This document shows positions 56,796 to 64,000 of a stretch of DNA of 64,000 nucleotides, piece by piece. The notes under the pieces were generated by a model. The model worked only from the letters and a program-made list of their open reading frames with translations, had not been told where the DNA came from and did no database searches. The position numbers and the translations under genes were made by a program. Source of the stretch: Lingula anatina (Eukaryota > Animalia > Brachiopoda); assembly GCA_051362555.1 (NCBI GenBank), contig CM120641.1, forward strand, positions 248,001 through 312,000. Reading direction: 5' to 3'. The number at the start of each line of letters is the position of its first letter. Position 1 is the first letter of the stretch.

Positions 56796-59700
56796 TTAAA
56801 TGGATTGTTTCTCAGTATTTTAAAACTAAAATCAAAAAGCAGAACTTTGACATAACTTTCTCTCTTCAACTCTCTATTCAGATGTTGGCAAAGTCCCTCC
56901 CTGGTGGCTCTGAAAACCAGCTCAGATATACACTTGGTGACCAGTACATGGTGGGTGACATTATGTAAAGACCCAGATCTTTTATTTTACTTTACTTTAT
57001 TTTACTTTATTTCATTTTATTTTATTTTTTATTTTTGCACCTAATATCATGCAGTGCTAATGTTATTTGTTTATTGTTGTTTTAACAACAATTGTTTATA
57101 TAACAAATAACTTTAGCAAATAAAATGTTTTAATGGCAGCGGCATGCATATACTGAGTATTATTGTTTAGCACTTGCACCACCCTTGTGCAATATATTTC
57201 CTTATTGTTTCATTATTGTCTTTTTAGTGGAATATCTTACTTAGGACAGTACATTTTTAATTCTGGAAATTTATTGTTTCTTGTCCAGGACATGCTGTTT
57301 GATGTACTGATCTATCCTGAGGGACCAAGGGTCAGGGATCGTATCAGTCACGGAGAAGCCAGTATCTTAGGGATAAGCTATAAGCTGGCAAACCACCTGC
57401 TGTCTGTGTGCACTGCCTTATGTTTGAAGGTATTAGCAGAGACTGAAAGATCAAAATATCTAGAGGTAAGTTCTGTTTACTTCATTGACGTTCCTCCCTT
57501 TGAGTAATTATTATTTACTTAATATAATGTGCAATACTCTTAGTTTACTGCATCTGTAAAACAACCAAATATGCAGTTATATCTTAATTATGGCAAGTGG
57601 GGTTAAAATTGTTGATAAAATCCACCAATGACAGTATATCTGTTTCAGCATCCATTCATCCATGATATCCATGTGGCTGTTGAAGGTTATGTCTCTCAGT
57701 GCCATCCTATCTCAGGGCTAAGAAAAGAAGTCAGTATGAAAAAATTGATGGTTGGGTTGTTTGAAATATTTTGTTTTAAGAACCTTGAACTAAAATGTTC
57801 TATTGGGCAGATGCCACAGGGTTGTTTTACTTTAGCATTTGTCCTCTTTGCTAGATATATGCGAACAGAGATTGTATTTTCACATTGTAATCTATTAATA
57901 TTAGGAAATTTTCTAAAATAATGAAACTTAATGACATTTGACAGATGTTACTTTTATATTTTATAAGAGCATAAAAATGTTGTCATAATAATGTTTCATC
58001 AGAGTTCTATCTTGTTTATGTGTTCCAGATCCAATCTCTCAGCGACAAACTATCTGAGTGGAAAACTTTTCCCAAACCAGACACAGATCAGATGTAGGTT
58101 CACCATTTCAGTTTGATTTTATTTAAGAAACTGGGACAGTGAGTTAGATATGGGGTCAAAAAGCAGGATATTTCTAAAAATAGTGTCTTGTTTGGAATGT
58201 TACCAGGTGGTCAGTCTTAAAATATCATCGCAAGCATTAATTGAAAATGGTCTACAGTATAACTCTTTTTATGTAAAAATATTCTGAGATTAATCCTACA
58301 TCTTTATCATATTTTGCATTCTGTTGAGTGAATTACATATCAGTAATTACTGTGGTATTTTTCAGAGAAATGAGTAAATCATGGGGAGACTACATCCAAC
58401 CAAATGGAAAGCAACTTATATCAGGGTTACCTCCTATAAAAGATTTTCAGCCATGGTTGAGATCCTGTAATTTACCAGAGAGGTAATCTCAATTTGATTT
58501 AATATTAGATTTTCCCTTTTGATGACAAGTAGAGCCTACTGTACATCTTAACTTTCTACATAAAAACACCAATGTTTCTGTCTTACTGTATTACTTATGA
58601 TTACATGTTTACTTTGCACATTTTACCATTATTGAGATTTTTTTTCAGATTTTTATTCCCATTTGAAAATATATCTCCCACGCTGAAGGATATTCTGAAG
58701 AGAAAAATCTCTACCCTTTACTGGGGCCAAGACAGCACGGATACTGTATGATTTTCACTGTCTGGGTGATATTGTTAGCCTTTGAAAACATCAAAATAGT
58801 TTACATCTTAAGTGGTGAACTACTATTAATTGTCAAGTAATCATTTCTTTTTTATTAATAAATTTTTTGTCATGCAGTTTTCAGTTACATCATGGAAATA
58901 ATTGCACTTCCTCAGTTACATGTACATGCAAAGAGTAATTGTTCCATAATATGTATTCCTTACTTGAAACAATCTATTTATTTCAGCTTAACTGTGATAA
59001 AGAAGCAAGACCCATGACTGAAATGGAACTTATAGGACTACTGCGCAGGATAGCAGTGCAAGCTACTGCAGTATCAACAAATATTTGTAAAGTAATGTCT
59101 ACACGCTATCAGCAATGGATCAACAGAGAGCTGAGGTCAAGGCAGAGGAAAAATTACATCAGATTGTTAGAAAGGTATCAGTTGTGCTAATATAATTTAA
59201 TCAAAACTCAGTTTTATGAGTTCTAAGTTTCTAGTTTTTGAGTTACTCATGACAGCTATGATTTGAAATTGAGGATGCCAAAACTGGTTTACATGTACAG
59301 ATTGTTATTTGGATATGGTTTACCTTGACAATAAAGAGAAAATTGTTTAAATATCCTGATATTCTGCATAAAGGTCTAATATTTACTGTATGACTTACAG
59401 TGTATTAAAGTACAGTAGGACTGCCAATCATCATAACTAGCACCCCATTTCCATAGATTAGATCAACCTACTTTAGATCGACCTAACTCCCTGGGGGTTC
59501 ACGCTAAATAGCTGTCAGCCGGGCGGACACGAAAGTTAATTATCCCCTTACAGCTTGTAGTAGGCGGGACGGACATTTAAGTCGGATTATCTGAAAGTAA
59601 TCCAGTGAGACTCCCCACGGGGATAGATCGATCTAAAATCTATGGGAATAGAGCCTAGGACATCCAAGTTATGATTTAACTTTGTAATTATGTATAATAC

Positions 59701-60797
59701 CAATCATGGGCAGTAGATGCTTTATTGTGAAAAAAGTTCAGTAAGTATCACACATACATGATTGCAATTGAACAATAACATCAGTGTACTTCTATGAAAT
59801 CTGTTACTTGTTGTCTTACTCTGCCTCCATTTCATCATTTTATTCTTAAACTTAAAGCATTCCCACTCTGTCTGTGGGTCTACGGCTGGTTGCTATGGTG
59901 ATAACAGTATGGCTGCTGAACCTGGATGCTTTTAACCTGCTTGGCAGCTCAGAGCAACCGCACATGGCAAGGTAAAGACATTATCATAAAAGTCAATATG
60001 TTTGACAGGAGTGACAATTTTGATCCAAAGTCTGCACTGTCACCTGTCTTCTGTCAGTTTGGCAGTAATATTATTATGTGAATATATTATGTAACAAGCA
60101 GACTCTTAGTATTACATGCAATAAATTGGAGAATGCACATGTTTTATGTTACTTGGGCTCATTTTCTTATTTATTTATCTCATTCTATTCACCATATATC
60201 AAGCATATACTAGTAAAATAAGAGTCTATTTTCAGGCATCTGAAATCAGTCTTGCAATGTTGTGAGAATCTAACCAGCAACTGCAACATTGAGAAGAATA
60301 GATGGGAAGAGAGCTGTGTCTTGGTACAAGATCTGGCTTGGCAGGTACTGGAGAAGAAGAACCTTGTATACATTTCTATGATGGAACAGGTGAGTTTATT
60401 TTTCTTGTGGTGTATAGCATTCAAATTACCAAATAAATGTTAACTAATATCTTCCCTGTGTGTAACTACAGAAAATTAGACTTAATAGATTCTTGACACT
60501 TGTTTTCAAATTTATTGTAAAACATTGCTAATACTGTTGGCACTTATATTTAGTTTAAAGGAATATTAGAACTATGCAATAAATTATTATTATAGTACTG
60601 AAAATTATAATAAGCATGATTTAACATTGTAATACCTAATACATATATTTGTTTTTACTTTTTTAAAAGTAATTATTAAAATAATTATAACTGTAGAGAA
60701 AAGAATGTCATTTAATATTTATTTTATCTATAATTTTATCAAACCTGAATGATGATTTTCCCAAAAATCCGTAATTTTTCAGAATCAAGCTGATTGA
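53001..60797 (+). CDS. ERMARD: ER membrane-associated RNA degradation protein (DUF4209 family), ~19 exons; C-terminus tentative
   Basis: [11 protein letters not shown]; [10 protein letters not shown]; [14 protein letters not shown]; [11 protein letters not shown]; [27 protein letters not shown]; LYTTVDE; [14 protein letters not shown]; RSRQRKNY; EKNRWEE. These motifs match vertebrate ERMARD as I recall it. Confidence 0.9.
55059..55230 (+). repeat. 86-bp tandem duplication spanning an ERMARD exon end and donor
   Basis: GTAAT donors follow 55116 and 55202. Confidence 0.9.
55855..56437 (+). repeat. 73-bp tandem repeat (8 copies) spanning an ERMARD acceptor and exon start
   Basis: tatatttcAG|GTATGGAGAGG recurs with exon starts at 55865, 55938, 56011, 56084, 56157, 56230, 56303 and 56376. 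Confidence 0.95.
59440..59657. mobile_element. MITE family B copy (inverted)
   Basis: Reverse-complement homology to 17337-17560 and 62495-62722. Confidence 0.78.
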
Positions 60798-61833
60798 AAA
60801 GATTCCCTAGAAAGAATTGTGTGCAGAGCTGTCAAATTATTACACTGAAGAATATCAAAATGATACAAAGTAAGGGAAATACTAAATATTAACTTCATGT
60901 GCCGGGGGAAATTTTCATTGGAATCTCAAATGTCAACAATGATTTGACATCATTCGATATCATTGTTTAATACCCTAAGTCTTTATATTATTGTCTTTGA
61001 TATTACTATTATTAGATTTTAATTTTAAATTTAAAAAAAATTCATATTGATTGGTTTAATTCAAACTTCTAGGGGCTGGCTCTAAATTGGAGAACAGTTT
61101 GCTATGATGTTGAGACAAACTTGGAGATTGGATGTGCTGTTTTCAAGACCTGAGGAATGTTCTCAAGGAAAGTTCATTTGAAACATTTGGGAAACTGCAG
61201 TCAAGTTGCTGAAAAGCATGTGGTATATCAGTGCCAAGAGTCTTAACTAAACCATTGCTAGGTTGCCTTCTTACACAGTAAAGCAATAGAAAGTGTGAAG
61301 TCTCAAGAACAAGTATACATTTTGAACTTGATACATACTTGGATTACAGAATAAACAACCGTGAAATGATAAAGATTATACATAACATTATTTATTTTAC
61401 AGCATGCATATGTGACCTGACATAATCACGTAACATCATTTCATTGTACTTATTTGTATACATAAGCCCAGAATCTGAGAATAAATGTTTTGTTGCAGTT
61501 GGACACATACTGTTGTTTTGTTTCTTGATATAATTATCAGAGGCTGGTGGATTGAACTCACAAAATCAGGCATTGTCTTACAACTATCACAGAAGTTAAC
61601 TTATGAAAAAAATGTCTTATTGACACTGTATCTCCCATAGAGTCCATTTATTTTTGCTGAAACCTAGTAAATCCCCTCAAACTTTTAATAGTACCTGTTA
61701 CGGTCCACCTCTATTTCTATCATGATTCAATATTTTCCTCAAAGTGTCCATTGGTGCATGATCATGTCTGTACATTTGACATCTCTGCTGCCTAATTTAA
61801 AGTTCTGTGCAATTTAAGCTGAGAAAATTGTGA

Positions 61834-62241
61834 TCAGCTGCTTGGATTGCTGACATCTTTGACATACATTGTCTTCAGTTTTTCTGCAATCAGTCCCTTC
61901 ACAACCCTGTGAGCTGGCTGGTGCTGGAAGGCGAGTGTGGCATCCTTCCCAGCATGCTTCAGTATGATGTCACCTCCTGGATGCTGGGACACGTAGCCAC
62001 TGATGTCGTACATCTAAACATACAGAAAAGGGAAAAAACATGTTGAAATTGAAAATATCATTTTAGAAACATCATTCTTAAAATGGCCCAACATCTTGCT
62101 CTCACAGCTACTTTCTTGATATATCTGATAATTAAGCCAATCTTGGCAAAAAAATGCGTGCACCTTATTATCAATAATTATCCATGGCGGATTGTCACCA
62201 GAGCTGCATGAAATGTCCATTTTCCCCAACTCTGTCGTCAT
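61834..62241 (-). CDS. Small cytochrome b5 heme-binding domain protein (start uncertain: 62241, 62298 or an upstream exon)
   Basis: Exons 62164-62305 and 61834-62013 join to give PWIIIDNKMYDISGYVSQHPGGDIILKHAGKDATLAF...AH...stop; the HPGG motif and a second His are present. Confidence 0.85.
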
Positions 62242-62494
62242 GTTTATCCAGGTAACCCTGGTGTTGTCTGTTTTATAGTTGCAGTGCTTCAGACGCATAT
62301 GTAACCTTAAATAAGAGAGAATTGAAGAAAACTGAAAAGTCATGTTATTTTTATATATTTTATCTCTTTTTTTTTTCTGTATTATTAATTCAGAGAGAGA
62401 GAGGAACTGCAGGTCCAATGACACAAATAAAACAATCATTAGTGTCAGCACTGTCTTGAGTAATAAGTGAAACACAACTGCCTGCTGTACAGTA

Positions 62495-62722
62495 ACACCC
62501 CATTTCCATAGATTTTTAGATCGATCTATCCCTGTGGGGAGTCTCACTAGATTACTGTCAGCTTGGCCGGCTTAAGCGTCTGTCCCGCCTACTAAAAGCT
62601 GTAAGGGGGTAATTAACTATGGTGCCCGCTCGGCTGACCGCAATTTAGCGTGAACCCCCAGGGAGTTAGGTCGATCTAAATCTTAATCTTTAGATCGATC
62701 TAAATCTCTGGGAAAGCACCCT
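62495..62722. mobile_element. MITE family B copy
   Basis: Near-identical to 17337-17560. Confidence 0.8.
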
Positions 62723-64000
62723 ATAACTGGGGTTGTAATTGTAAACCACTCTCCAAGGAAATAAAATCTATCAGTAAACATTCCAAACAAGAGAAGTTTT
62801 CCTAATATTACATAAAGCATTTTGAAAACTTTCTGTTTTGGACTGAATTAATTTAATGCAAAATGATGACTCCAACGTTAATAAACCATGCGCTGACTGT
62901 GACGGTCAGAATTTTCTCGATTTATGGGGTACTGCCATACAATGGTGACCGTATCCGGTCATTCTTCTTTCCTAATTTGTCCGAGTTCCCAGAACTGAGT
63001 ACACCTTTTTATTATTGTCATTATTTACTCATTATTATACTGAATGAAAGCTTTAAAACCTCTAATTGGTGAGCTGAAGACAGTGAAATGTCACCCTGCA
63101 AAATGTAAGCAGACGAACTCTTTCAAGTTTAGTCGAGATCTGTCATTTTCATATTTTACATTGAACCTGTCCGTGATTTTACTGTAATCATCACAATGTC
63201 AGACGATGACTCATTTCTTCGCTCTTGAAATGGCCGCCTAAATGCACACTGCCAAACCAATCTTACTCTTAAGACCTAAGCTTCACATCTTCAATCAACC
63301 GGTTCCAAAACAGCTACGGAGCATGATATATTTTTACTTCATTTGATGTGCAGCAGACGCAGATTTGCGTTACCAGTGTTTATAAAAAATAAATAAAATA
63401 CCACCTGATATAACATAAATGTAGTAGCAAATTAAATGATCATTTTTAGCATTTTGCCCAGAAATTTCATCGAGTGCGGGATTGCAATGAGAGACTTGTG
63501 GGAGTTACCAATATGGCGGTGTAGCAAAATGCACCAGGAAAAGATTGTAAACAAGATTTGAGGTCAGAAAAAAAACTAAATATGGTTTGCTGACAATAAG
63601 GATCGGCGTGTAAGTAATTTGGTCGTTTATTTTAAATGACAGGTTATTGTTATAATTTACATTTATGGTGAATGTGTAATGATGATGCATAATAATGAGT
63701 TATTATGTACGAGTAATACGACCGATGTCTCAAAAAATATCACGGGCGGTTAATATGAGTTCGCGTCCGATTGATTTTTAATGGTATGTGCTTTATAGCA
63801 AAATCAATCGCATAAAATCGTATGCTTTCATGAAGGACAAGAAAAAATGCCCCTATGATTTCTACTTTCTCTACTTCTGTGTTGATACCTACTCAAGCCA
63901 GGCACTCATTGAGTCACTGTGGAAAATTAATGTAACTAAGAATGATGTTTTTCTAACACACTGGAGATGTTCACTGATTCTGCATAGTAAGGCTCTGTGG

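Noticed and set aside
62014-62547. 177-aa ORF as a single-exon gene
   Set aside because: It spans a MITE, intron sequence and one true cytochrome b5 exon.
62860-64000. CpG-richer stretch with a YY1-like motif (gaaatggccgcc)
   Set aside because: It could be a promoter or transposon remnants, but I found no ORF or termini to support a call.

Overview
AT-rich, intron-rich eukaryotic DNA from an invertebrate animal (mollusc-like repeat landscape; the taxon is an inference). I reconstructed seven spliced genes by hand: the 5' part of TTLL5 (-), FUT8 (-), MAX (+), FNTB (-), a GH35 beta-galactosidase-1-like gene (-), ERMARD (+) and a small cytochrome b5-domain gene (-). FUT8-MAX-FNTB has the same order and orientation as human 14q23. 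Introns carry Helentron/HINE-like elements, Kolobok-like TTAA elements, Harbinger-like MITEs, minisatellites and microsatellites. The main unexplained pattern is eight separate tandem arrays (units 42-86 bp, 2-12 copies) in four genes, each unit copying an exon-intron junction with its splice site. This produces chains of decoy donors or acceptors. In most arrays only the copy adjoining the intact exon gives an open reading frame, and in two arrays the intronic copies differ mainly by synonymous changes. Coordinates were counted by eye and may be off by a few bases.
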